Assembly: GCA_004212155.1 (NCBI GenBank)
Contig: RXIG01000020.1
Coordinates: 1 to 23,052 of the forward strand
Direction: 5' to 3'
DNA from: an archaeon
Lineage (GTDB): Archaea > Methanobacteriota_B > Thermococci > Methanofastidiosales > NM3
DNA: 23,052 nucleotides
The notes under the pieces are model-generated. The model ran no database searches. It saw only the letters and a list, made by a program, of their open reading frames with translations, and was not told the origin of the DNA. Shown here piece by piece: positions 7,427 to 16,033 of the stretch. The stretch's first letter is position 1. Every line of letters starts with the position of its first letter. The position numbers and the translations under genes are program-made.

Positions 7427-8053
7427 GTGTTTACTGGCATTGTAGAGAATGTGGGAACCGTCATATCAGCGCGCCTTGGTCCCCATGGTGGAACGATCTG
7501 CGTAGCCTCGCGATCGATAGCGGAGGGGACGCGCGTAGGCGATAGCATCGCCGTGAATGGCGCTTGCCTGACCGTTCGGGAGGTATCCCGAGAAACGATG
7601 ACCATGGACATCATGCCAGAGACGATGCGGACAACGACCCTACCCGGGTTAAAACGCAACGAGGCAGTGAATCTCGAACGGGCCCTGAACGGTGCAGGAA
7701 GATTTGGGGGTCACATCGTCACGGGGCACATCGATGCGGTTGGTACCGTGACATGCGCGCGCTCCGAAGGTAACGCGCGATGGCTTTGCATCTCGCTTCC
7801 CAACACGAAATTCGTCGCGCGCAAGGGATCCATCGCGCTTGACGGTGTGAGCCTGACGGTATCATCCGTTGGTCCGCAGAGCGCATGGGTGTCGCTCGTG
7901 TCTCATACGAGGGCACACACGACACTAGGAAAGCGGCGGGCAGGCGAACTGGTGAACGTGGAGTACGACATCCTGGCTCGGTATTGCGAACGCATCGCTG
8001 CACACTCTGCTAACACACCCACCATCGAGATGCTGGAACAAAATGGATTTTGA
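7427..8053 (+). CDS. ribE: Riboflavin synthase, bacterial-type alpha chain
   Basis: GTG start giving MFTGIVE; GDSIAVNGACLTV, VNLERAL, GGHIVTGHID, KGSIALDGVSLTV; GAGGTG SD. Confidence 0.96.
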   Translation: MFTGIVENVGTVISARLGPHGGTICVASRSIAEGTRVGDSIAVNGACLTVREVSRETMTMDIMPETMRTTTLPGLKRNEAVNLERALNGAGRFGGHIVTGHIDAVGTVTCARSEGNARWLCISLPNTKFVARKGSIALDGVSLTVSSVGPQSAWVSLVSHTRAHTTLGKRRAGELVNVEYDILARYCERIAAHSANTPTIEMLEQNGF

Positions 8054-8062
8054 GGTACTATC

Positions 8063-9292
8063 ATGGCATTGGCAACAATAGAAGAAGCGATAGAGGACAT
8101 AAGAGAAGGAAAGATGATCATCGTGGTCGACGACGAGGACCGCGAGAACGAGGGCGACCTCGTCATGGCGGCGGCACTGGCCACGCCGGATGACGTGACA
8201 TTCATGGTAACACACGGAAAGGGACTGCTCTGCGTGCCGCTCGAGGAGAGCATGACCCGGACCCTCGGCCTTCCCCAGATGGTAACTGACAACACCGACC
8301 CGCACGCCACCGCATTTTGCGTATCGGTCGACGAGACCACCACGGACACCGGCATATCCGCGCATGAACGATGCAAGACGATACGGGCGCTTGCCTCCGC
8401 AGATACAACACCGTCGTGCCTCAGGCGGCCTGGACACGTGTTTCCCCTGCGGGCGCGCAAGGGTGGCGTGCTAAGCAGGCCTGGTCACACCGAGGCGTCG
8501 GTCGATCTCGCCCGACTCGCGGGATTGCCCCCGGCAGGCGCGATATGCGAGATACTCAATGAGGACGGAACGATGGCCCGGCTTCCGGAACTCGAGGTGT
8601 TTGCAAAGCGCCATGGGCTCAAGATCATCACGATAGAGGACCTCATACGCTACAAGAGACGTACGGAGGAGCACGCGCGATGTGAGGCGGTATTCCACGC
8701 GCCCACGCGCCACGGGACTTTCGAGGGCAGGAGCTACCGGGACCAATCGACCGGCGAGTGCCATGTTGTCCTCATCAAAGGCAACCTTGAGAATGCACAT
8801 CGCGTGCTCGTGCGTGTGCATTCGGAATGTCTCACCGGCGATGCGCTCGGTTCGCTTCGCTGTGACTGTGGAGCGCAGCTCGAGACCGCGCTCGATGCTA
8901 TCGGGAAGAGCGAGGCCGGCGTGCTCGTCTATCTGCGCCAGGAAGGGCGCGGGATCGGGCTGCACAACAAGCTGCGGGCCTACGAGCTGCAAGACGAGGG
9001 AGAGGACACCTACGAGGCCAACGAATCGCTTGGATTCCCCCCCGATGCACGCAACTATCGTGTTGCAGGACACATACTCTCCGACCTTGGGGTGAAGCGA
9101 ATCCTCCTTCTCACAAACAATCCACAAAAAATAGGCGACCTTGAGACATACGGCATCGATGTCGTCCACGCGCCACTCCAGGTGCCCGTTCACGATGAGG
9201 GGCTACGATACATGCAAACAAAACACGAGAGGTTCAAACACATGCTGGGTCCGATCGAGATCATGGGTGGTACAACGGATGAGGATTATTGA
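8063..9292 (+). CDS. ribBA: Bifunctional 3,4-dihydroxy-2-butanone 4-phosphate synthase / GTP cyclohydrolase II
   Basis: [27 protein letters not shown]; [34 protein letters not shown]. Confidence 0.97.
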   Translation: MALATIEEAIEDIREGKMIIVVDDEDRENEGDLVMAAALATPDDVTFMVTHGKGLLCVPLEESMTRTLGLPQMVTDNTDPHATAFCVSVDETTTDTGISAHERCKTIRALASADTTPSCLRRPGHVFPLRARKGGVLSRPGHTEASVDLARLAGLPPAGAICEILNEDGTMARLPELEVFAKRHGLKIITIEDLIRYKRRTEEHARCEAVFHAPTRHGTFEGRSYRDQSTGECHVVLIKGNLENAHRVLVRVHSECLTGDALGSLRCDCGAQLETALDAIGKSEAGVLVYLRQEGRGIGLHNKLRAYELQDEGEDTYEANESLGFPPDARNYRVAGHILSDLGVKRILLLTNNPQKIGDLETYGIDVVHAPLQVPVHDEGLRYMQTKHERFKHMLGPIEIMGGTTDEDY

Positions 9293-9749
9293 GGGAACAC
9301 TTTCGGCACGCGGGATTAAGGTAGCGCTCCTCGTAAGCAGATTCAACGAAATGTTTACCAGAAAACTGCAAGAAGGTGCCGTCGACTGTCTCCTGCGTCA
9401 TGAGGCGTCTGAGAATGACATCGACGTCATCATGGTACCGGGCGCATACGAACTACCAGCGGTCGCATCACGTATCGCCCACGGGGGCACATATGATGCC
9501 ATCGTATGCCTTGGTGCTGTGATCCGCGGCGATACGCCGCACTTCGACTATGTGTCGGCCGAGGTCTCAAAAGGCATCGCCAACGTCGCACTTGCAACGG
9601 GAATACCTGTCATCTTTGGTGTACTGACGACCGATACGGTTGAGCAGGCGATCGAGCGCTCGGGAACGAAGGCAGGCAACAAAGGATTCGATGCGGCGCT
9701 GTCAGCGATAGAGATGGCAAATCTCTACAAAAGGCTAGATGGCAGGTAA
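9279..9749 (+). CDS. ribH: 6,7-dimethyl-8-ribityllumazine synthase
   Basis: [35 protein letters not shown]; ATG 9279 overlaps the end of ribBA. Confidence 0.97.
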   Translation: MRIIEGTLSARGIKVALLVSRFNEMFTRKLQEGAVDCLLRHEASENDIDVIMVPGAYELPAVASRIAHGGTYDAIVCLGAVIRGDTPHFDYVSAEVSKGIANVALATGIPVIFGVLTTDTVEQAIERSGTKAGNKGFDAALSAIEMANLYKRLDGR

Positions 9750-9790
9750 CAAGACCGCATCACGGAAACGTAATGAGCAAAAAAGAGATA

Positions 9791-9881
9791 TGGCGCCGAG
9801 GTAGGGATTTGAACCCTAGCTCCCCGGATGGGGAACTGGCTCTCAAGGCCAGCGCGTTTGTCCGAGCTCTGCCACCTCGGC
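9791..9881 (-). tRNA. tRNA-Ser (anticodon TGA)
   Basis: GCCGAGG/CCTCGGC acceptor stem, CTGGC-CTTGAGA-GCCAG anticodon arm, long variable arm, TAGGG-TTCAAAT-CCCTA T arm, discriminator G, encoded CCA. Confidence 0.96.
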
Positions 9882-10844
9882 CTAGCGTTCCATCCTAGAC
9901 TGCCGTGCTATAAAAAACTTACCATAGGGATTCTGTCCCGTGCGATTGGCGATAAGGAACGAGAGATTGCGGGAAAGAAGGAAAAACTCTGAGAAAAGGC
10001 CTATATCGCGCAGCTTCTCCTCGAGCAGAGGCGTTGCCTCGTTCTTGTCGCCCCCGAGTATGATCGACGTCTCATCCTCGGAAAACGACATCCTCCTGAT
10101 ATGCCCAAGGTAGGTGCGGTTCAGGGGACACACCTCCTGGCATCGCATGCATCCCACGACACAGGTCATCCAGGAGGGGTCCAGCCAGGAGGGGAAGGGG
10201 TCGGTCGACTCGTTATGGAACGTGATGCAGCGATATGCATCCATGATGTCCCCATCGCGGAGCGCACCTGAGGGGCAGGCTTCCACGCAACGCTCGCACA
10301 GTTCGCAAGAGGAATGGAGCCTCGGAGCGTAGAGGGGGCGGATCGTGGAGGGAAGGTCCGTGTGGAACGAGACGAGGCGTGCAAAGCTCCCAAGGCCAGC
10401 AAGGTAGAGAATGTTGTTGCGACCGTACTTGCCAAGGCCGGCGCGTGCGGCCAGATATTTTTTCGGTAATTCGATCGGTACGATCCCGTATCCCGCCCCT
10501 TCAAGGATGGGCGCGATGTGCGAGATGACCTGTTCGTCGATGCGTCTGTCGTATGTGGGCGGCACGACTGCATCGATCTTTTGACCGCGGTAAAAGAATC
10601 GGACCTTGACGATCCTTTGTGGCACGGCAGCGATGATCACCGAACCATCCTCCGGAAGGAAGTCGGCTGGCTCGGGGAACAACGCGTCAAGCATGGTCTG
10701 CAGATGCGGCGGCAATCGAGAATAGGTATCCGCATACTCCCGCATGAGCCGAGGGAGCCTGCTACAGCTGATCCATGTCATGCGCCCCCCCAGAGAATGT
10801 TTCACGACAGAGCGCATCTTCAACCAAATCGGCGACGGTGGCAC
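9882..10844 (-). CDS. Epoxyqueuosine reductase (QueG)-like 4Fe-4S double-cluster protein
   Basis: LPKKYLAARAGLGKYGRNNI, GSFARL, CELCERCVEACPSGAL, RCITFHNE, GCMRCQEVCP. Start uncertain (10781, 10817, or frameshifted 10848). Confidence 0.82.
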   Translation of the reverse strand: MPPSPIWLKMRSVVKHSLGGRMTWISCSRLPRLMREYADTYSRLPPHLQTMLDALFPEPADFLPEDGSVIIAAVPQRIVKVRFFYRGQKIDAVVPPTYDRRIDEQVISHIAPILEGAGYGIVPIELPKKYLAARAGLGKYGRNNILYLAGLGSFARLVSFHTDLPSTIRPLYAPRLHSSCELCERCVEACPSGALRDGDIMDAYRCITFHNESTDPFPSWLDPSWMTCVVGCMRCQEVCPLNRTYLGHIRRMSFSEDETSIILGGDKNEATPLLEEKLRDIGLFSEFFLLSRNLSFLIANRTGQNPYGKFFIARQSRMER

Positions 10845-10903
10845 GCATCACTATAAGGTGAAGAAAAGATATAAATGTGCGCAAAAGGTGTGCAAACGGG
10901 ACA

Positions 10904-11479
10904 TTACCATTTGACGTCCGAGTCCGGCGGGCGTCCCGCGATCTCGAGGAGGTACTCGGTACGGCATGCCGATTCCAGTACGGACGTCAGCGAGAGAGCG
11001 TCCTCGAGCAGCTTCGCATGGACAAAGGTGCCATGGCCCCTCAGGATGACGCCCTTGTAGTCGCGCATTGCCTCGGAAACGAGCTCGGCCGACTCGTCGC
11101 TCCCTATGCCATGCTTGACGCTGACCACAGGTATCTTGTGGAAGAAGTACGAACCCTCGACGTTGCGAGGGTATATCTCATCGTAGAGCATCGAGAGCGC
11201 GATGGCATATGGGGGATGTGCGTGCACGATGGCCAGCCCCGGCGTCTTCTTGTAGATGGCGCGGTGCACCTTGATCTCAGTGCTCGCGAGGAGGATGCCG
11301 CTGTCATCCTCGTAGATGCCCGTCTCGATGATATCGGAAGGGCGCAGATCGCCGACTATCGACCCGCGGCGCGTTATGAATATACGGTCGCCCGAGCGCA
11401 CAGAGAGATTGCCCGAGTGCGAACCGACGATGCCAAGACCAAAGAGCACCTTTCCGATCCTTTTGAATTCCTCATACAT
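10904..11479 (-). CDS. Class II aldolase/adducin family protein (fuculose-1-phosphate aldolase-like)
   Basis: SGNLSVR, ASTEIKVH, IVHAHPPY, LRGHG metal ligands; probable start MYEEFK at 11479 overlapping the aor stop. Confidence 0.92.
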   Translation of the reverse strand: MYEEFKRIGKVLFGLGIVGSHSGNLSVRSGDRIFITRRGSIVGDLRPSDIIETGIYEDDSGILLASTEIKVHRAIYKKTPGLAIVHAHPPYAIALSMLYDEIYPRNVEGSYFFHKIPVVSVKHGIGSDESAELVSEAMRDYKGVILRGHGTFVHAKLLEDALSLTSVLESACRTEYLLEIAGRPPDSDVKW

Positions 11480-13241
11480 GATCCAGTCCCAACTCCTCCA
11501 GTTTGTATGGCAGCGGATTTCCCTCCGTGTCCCATCCGCGCGCCCGATAATACCCGGGAAGCATCTTCCCAAGACGGCATACCTGGCCTGCGGCAGGTCC
11601 TTCAGCGATTGGTTCCTCGAGCAGGCGCGGCGGGAGGGTGTCGTCATCGCGAGAGAATCCGCAGCGCGTGTTGTAGAGCCGCTCAAGATTCCAGATTCGC
11701 TCGCCGATGCGCATAAGGTCGGTCTCCGAATACTCGACGCCCGTGACACTCGTGAGCATGCGTGAGAAGTACTCCTCCGAGAGTGAAAACGTCGTGAAGC
11801 GGCAAAGCGAAAGGCTGTCGACCGCGGCGTTGAGGTGTTCAAGCGTGATCTCGAGAGAGACCTTCTCTCCCGTGAGCATGCGGTCGAGAAGCTTGGGTAT
11901 ACCGAGGACCTCTGAACCGAGAATGTATGAGCGAAGGTGACAGGCGCCCCTATTCGATACGGCATATGCAAGCCCCATACCCTGTGCGCCGCGAGGGTCG
12001 TAGGCGGGAAGTTCGAGACCCTTGACCTGCATTGCATATCCTGGAGCTCCGGCCGACTCGGCAAGGCGCCTGGACCCCTCGGCCAGCCGGGCGCCAATGC
12101 CTTCGCGGCGGGCTATCAGGCCGATGGTATCGGAGATGTCCATGCCGAACGAAATGGGGGCATCGAGGTGGCCCCGTTCCACGAGCTCCATCGCGCACGC
12201 GATCGTGGCGCCGCATGTTATCGTGTCAAGGCCGAGGGTGTTACACAGCTTGTTCGATGCGGCGATCGAGCGAAGGTCGAAGATGCCACAGTTAGGGCCA
12301 AGTGCCCACACGGTCTCGTACTCGGGACCACGCGAGCGCACACCATCGATGGAGGTAATCCTATCACACTGTATCGTGCACGCCGTGCAGGCGCGCCGTT
12401 TCTCCAGCATCGTGGCGGTGATCGTCTCGCCCGATATCTCATCGGCCCGGTCGGTATGCGAGCGTTGATAGTTGTTGACGGGAAACATGCCCATGGTGTT
12501 GACGATGTTGACAAGGATGGGGGTGCCAAACGCCTTGAGGCCGCGGGACGTGATGGGGTTTGCCCCAAGGAGCTTGAGCGCCTGCTCGCGGACGAATCTG
12601 AGCTGTGCAGGGTCGGCAACGGCGGTCTTGCGCGAGCCCAAAAACACGACGGCCTTGAGGTTCTTGGACCCCATGACCGCGCCAAGCCCCCCGCGCCCAA
12701 AGACGCGGTAGTCGTCGGTGGAAATGGTGGCAAAGCGCACACCTGCCTCCCCCGCGGGACCGATCATCGCAAGACCGGCGCGCGTTCCGTAGCGCCCCTT
12801 GAGTGCGGCGCCTGCAGATGGGATGTCCATGCCCCACAGATTTTCGGCAGGGACGATGGATGCCGTGCCCTCCTCGACGACAAGGAGTGATGGCGCATCC
12901 GCGCGGCCGGTGATGCTTACCGCATCGATGTCGCAGGCCTTTGCCCTGGTGGCAAGCGAACCGCCGCAGTTGGAATCGAATATCGTCATGGTAAGGGGTG
13001 AACGCGTCACGGCGCTGCAACGTCCGGACGTCGGAGCGGTGGTGCCGTTTAACGGGCCAAGAGAAAAGATGAGAGGACATGACGGGTCATAGGGGTCGAT
13101 ATGTGGCGATGCACGTTCGAAAAAGAGGCGGACGCCAAGGCCCCTGCCGCCGATGTAGTCCTGGAGGTATGGGGTATCCTCATATGCTATGGAACCGTCA
13201 GACAGCGAGACGTTGAGAAGGTTGCCTGACCATCCATACAT
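11472..13241 (-). CDS. aor: Aldehyde:ferredoxin oxidoreductase (tungsten AOR family)
   Basis: YIGGRGLG, SPLT...DSNCGG, GRGGLGAVMGSKNLKAV, CTACTIQC, GPEYET, PAYDPRG, RGACH, YYRARGWD. Confidence 0.95.
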   Translation of the reverse strand: MYGWSGNLLNVSLSDGSIAYEDTPYLQDYIGGRGLGVRLFFERASPHIDPYDPSCPLIFSLGPLNGTTAPTSGRCSAVTRSPLTMTIFDSNCGGSLATRAKACDIDAVSITGRADAPSLLVVEEGTASIVPAENLWGMDIPSAGAALKGRYGTRAGLAMIGPAGEAGVRFATISTDDYRVFGRGGLGAVMGSKNLKAVVFLGSRKTAVADPAQLRFVREQALKLLGANPITSRGLKAFGTPILVNIVNTMGMFPVNNYQRSHTDRADEISGETITATMLEKRRACTACTIQCDRITSIDGVRSRGPEYETVWALGPNCGIFDLRSIAASNKLCNTLGLDTITCGATIACAMELVERGHLDAPISFGMDISDTIGLIARREGIGARLAEGSRRLAESAGAPGYAMQVKGLELPAYDPRGAQGMGLAYAVSNRGACHLRSYILGSEVLGIPKLLDRMLTGEKVSLEITLEHLNAAVDSLSLCRFTTFSLSEEYFSRMLTSVTGVEYSETDLMRIGERIWNLERLYNTRCGFSRDDDTLPPRLLEEPIAEGPAAGQVCRLGKMLPGYYRARGWDTEGNPLPYKLEELGLDHV

Positions 13242-13260
13242 CCAGCTACACCCAAGGGGA

Positions 13261-13512
13261 TTACTCGATCTTCTCGAGCTCGCTCAACACTTCCCATATC
13301 ACCGTTCGTGTGTGCATGGGCATGTTGGGATCGTTTGATATCTCGTCGAGGAGCTCGATGGCGGCGTATGCCTTTACCTTGTTCTCGACACCGCTGCGCT
13401 GCAGCTGAGAAATAGCATCGGAGGCCGCCTTCCTGATATTGCGTGGGACCATCGTATCTGCTACCACATAGTTTTGCATATATTCAATCACGTTCTGTAT
13501 TCTGTCACTCAT
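13261..13512 (-). CDS. UPF0147 family protein
   Basis: DTMVPRNIRKAA...LDEISNDPNMPMHTRTVIW signature; AGGGGTG SD before ATG 13512. Confidence 0.93.
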   Translation of the reverse strand: MSDRIQNVIEYMQNYVVADTMVPRNIRKAASDAISQLQRSGVENKVKAYAAIELLDEISNDPNMPMHTRTVIWEVLSELEKIE

Positions 13513-13657
13513 TCTAACACCCCTTTTGTCAACACTTCCCATATACAAAATATGTTCCCTTTAAATAAGTTGGTGGTGGTACCACTACTTGAAAGGAGAA
13601 AGGTTATTATAACGAGATACCATATTACATATATAAATGCTTTGATGAGGTGACCGT

Positions 13658-13882
13658 ATGTATACAAAGGTATTTGAAGTCGTCAGGGACACGGACACGC
13701 CGCTCACAAAAGAGGAAGTGGCGAAGAAGGCTGGTCTGCCAACTGCGAAGGCAACGCTCAATCTTTTGCGCCTCAAGGAGGAGGGAAAGATCGACAGCAA
13801 GGAGTCCGAACGCGGCGTGGTATGGTACCTCAAAGAGGAACATGAGCATGAAAAGGAGCGAAGGACCTCGGGTAGAAGCTAG
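13658..13882 (+). CDS. Small winged-helix DNA-binding protein
   Basis: PLTKEEVAKKAGL...LLRLKEEGKIDS...VVWYL; GAGGTGA SD; TATATAAA box upstream. Confidence 0.82.
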   Translation: MYTKVFEVVRDTDTPLTKEEVAKKAGLPTAKATLNLLRLKEEGKIDSKESERGVVWYLKEEHEHEKERRTSGRS

Positions 13883-14361
13883 AGCGACGAAAGTTCCTTT
13901 TGGTATTCTATCAGGTCGTTGACGTACTGCACCTTCAGGTCGAGGTACTCCTTGTCCTCGATGTCACCGCTCTGTTTCAATCTTTCTATCTCCTTCAAAG
14001 ACTCGTTGACCTTGTCGATCTTCACCGAGAGGATCTTTATCTGCTCCTTCTTGTACTCCTCCGGGGATTTTCGCTGCACGATTTGCTTGTAGAACTCGCT
14101 GTAGAGACTCTCAATGCGCTCCAGAAATTCGGCAGCCTCGTCGCTGAGATAAAAGATCACTTTTGCCCTGCCCTCTTCGACGTATGTCTCCTTCTCCACG
14201 AGCGAGCAGTCGATGAGTATCTTGAGATGGCGCTCAAGTCCCCCCCGCGTGAGCCCTGTTATCTTTTCCATGTCCTGGGGGCGCTTGCTTCCCTCCTTGA
14301 GGGCGTCCAGGATCATCATCCGGTATTCATTAGACATCGCCGAAAGGGCATCAATGAGCAT
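13879..14361 (-). CDS. ArsR-family wHTH regulator with C-terminal helical-hairpin (SHOCT-like) extension
   Basis: LSAMSNEYRMMILDALKEG...HLKILIDCSLVEK...FYL; C-terminal GDIEDKEYLDLK; TATA-like ATATATA about 25 nt upstream of ATG 14361. Confidence 0.88.
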   Translation of the reverse strand: MLIDALSAMSNEYRMMILDALKEGSKRPQDMEKITGLTRGGLERHLKILIDCSLVEKETYVEEGRAKVIFYLSDEAAEFLERIESLYSEFYKQIVQRKSPEEYKKEQIKILSVKIDKVNESLKEIERLKQSGDIEDKEYLDLKVQYVNDLIEYQKELSSL

Positions 14362-14547
14362 GATTAGCCGTTTTTCTTTTTTGTATATATATTTTTCTGT
14401 TTTGAAAAAACGTTTTAATTTTTTAAAAAACAAGAAAATAAGGCTAATTATTATTTTTTTAATAAATTAAAGCAAAAATTATCAAGAAAAGCTTAAATAA
14501 GAGGACATAGTAATATTTTCATAGCAAGAATTCAAGTGAGGTGCAAA

Positions 14548-14715
14548 ATGATGAACACATCCAACGCACAACGTTTCGCATGGAACGTTTTTTCATTGGT
14601 GAAAAACAAGATGACGCGTGATTCGAAGGAGACCGTTCAGCCCTCGGATGAGGAGATCACCGAGCGTCCGGAGTACGGATGTTGCGAGCGGTTCACCCTC
14701 AACACGCTCCTCTGA
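14548..14715 (+). CDS. Small hypothetical protein (55 aa)
   Basis: Not in ORF track; MMNTSNAQRFAWNVFSLVKNKMTRDSKETVQPSDEEITERPEYGCCERFTLNTLL; GAGGTG SD at 14538-14543; CTTAAATA box upstream. Confidence 0.7.
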   Translation: MMNTSNAQRFAWNVFSLVKNKMTRDSKETVQPSDEEITERPEYGCCERFTLNTLL

Positions 14716-14772
14716 TCACCAAAAAGGAAACATTAATATGTACTCAAAAAAAGTGGATAAACATCCAAGCTG

Positions 14773-15981
14773 GTGGGAAACGTGGCTGTAAAGGACAAAC
14801 TCGAACTGGAGCGTCTTCTCTCGATTGTCGAGGACATTGAAAGGATGTACAAGAACAACGAGATCAGCGAAGAGACCTACAGGGAGATGAAGAAGAACTA
14901 CAAGGAGCGCATCAAGAAGCTCCAGAATCGCATCATGGACCTCGACCATGAACCATCCGAGACCATCAGCCGCGACATCGAACAGATGACCACCGAGGTG
15001 ACGGAGAACGTCAACGAGGTGCTCAAGAACACGATGCGCATGCTCAAGGAGCAGCTCAAGACGGCAGGCATGAACAATCCTACCGGCGAGAAGTACGAGC
15101 GTGAGGAAAAGATCACCGTCCCCCTGGAGGGCGACGCGCCCATTGAGCTCAAATGCCACGTCGAACGCGGCAAGATCTTCGTGAAGGGAAGCGACGACAA
15201 GAACGTGGAGATCCGCGTCGTGAAGTCGTGCAAATCCTCACAGCGCGAACGCTGCGAGGAGGTGCTCGATGAGATCGACCTCGACTACAAGGTCTATCTC
15301 AGGGACACGATGCGCGTTATCAGGATTGCCCCGGACATGCCGCGCGGCACATCGGTAGACCTCTACATATCCATTCCGCACACCACGATGCCCTCGCTTG
15401 AACTCACTACCGAGAAGGGCAACATCACGCTCAAGACGCTTGACTGCGAAATGTGCCGGCTCACGTCGGAGAACGGGAACATCGACATCAGGGAGCTAAG
15501 TGCCGATTCCATGTATATTGCCGCAGAGACTGGTTCGCTCTCACTTGAGGACATGAACGTCAAAAGCAAGCTTGCGCTCTCGAACGAGAATGGGAACATA
15601 CGCATCGTAAACGTCACGGGGTCCGAGCTTGCCGCAAGCACCGAGAAGGGCAACATCACAACGAACATTTCATTTGACCGTGGCTCGCTTGCCACCGAAC
15701 TGGGCAGCATCAAATTCAAGACACGCCTGTGGGAGCGCGAACAGTCATATGACGTCGCTTCAGAGCTCGGGTCGATCCGCATCGTCGTAGACGAGGCCGA
15801 GCTGCCACTGCGGGTGAGGGCATCTGTCGAGAAGGGCTCTATCACCAACACCACCTACCTCGAACGCAGGGCCGGAGAACATCCGTCAAGCTTTGAATCG
15901 CCCTCATATGAAAAGGCTTCCAACAGGATATCGCTCAAGGCGGCGACCGAGCTTGGCACCGTTCGCATCTATGAGGAATGA
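14773..15981 (+). CDS. DUF4097-family beta-strand repeat protein with N-terminal helical (SHOCT-like) domain
   Basis: About ten xE(K/N/L/T/R)G(N/S/K/T)(I/L/V) repeats; N-terminal NEISEETYREMK; no signal peptide; start GTG 14773 or 14782. Confidence 0.85.
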   Translation: MGNVAVKDKLELERLLSIVEDIERMYKNNEISEETYREMKKNYKERIKKLQNRIMDLDHEPSETISRDIEQMTTEVTENVNEVLKNTMRMLKEQLKTAGMNNPTGEKYEREEKITVPLEGDAPIELKCHVERGKIFVKGSDDKNVEIRVVKSCKSSQRERCEEVLDEIDLDYKVYLRDTMRVIRIAPDMPRGTSVDLYISIPHTTMPSLELTTEKGNITLKTLDCEMCRLTSENGNIDIRELSADSMYIAAETGSLSLEDMNVKSKLALSNENGNIRIVNVTGSELAASTEKGNITTNISFDRGSLATELGSIKFKTRLWEREQSYDVASELGSIRIVVDEAELPLRVRASVEKGSITNTTYLERRAGEHPSSFESPSYEKASNRISLKAATELGTVRIYEE

Positions 15982-16033
15982 TAGGGCCACACGGGTGGGC
16001 AACCTTTTTCTAGGAATGTAAGATAATACCCAT

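Noticed and set aside
9141-9278. N-terminal extension of ribH
   Set aside because: Overlaps ribBA; family similarity starts at ATG 9279.
9791-9881. tRNA-Sec
   Set aside because: Anticodon is TGA (reads TCA, Ser), not TCA; 7-bp acceptor stem.
11480-12097. N-terminal extension of the 397-aa aldolase ORF
   Set aside because: Alternate-frame overlap with aor; aldolase similarity starts at MYEEFK (11479).
10877-12890. Long plus-strand ORFs (279 aa, 317 aa and others)
   Set aside because: Antisense shadows of the aldolase and aor genes in GC-rich sequence, with no motifs.
14362-14547. Specific ArsR operator palindrome
   Set aside because: Near-palindromes exist, but the region is so AT-rich that they are expected by chance.
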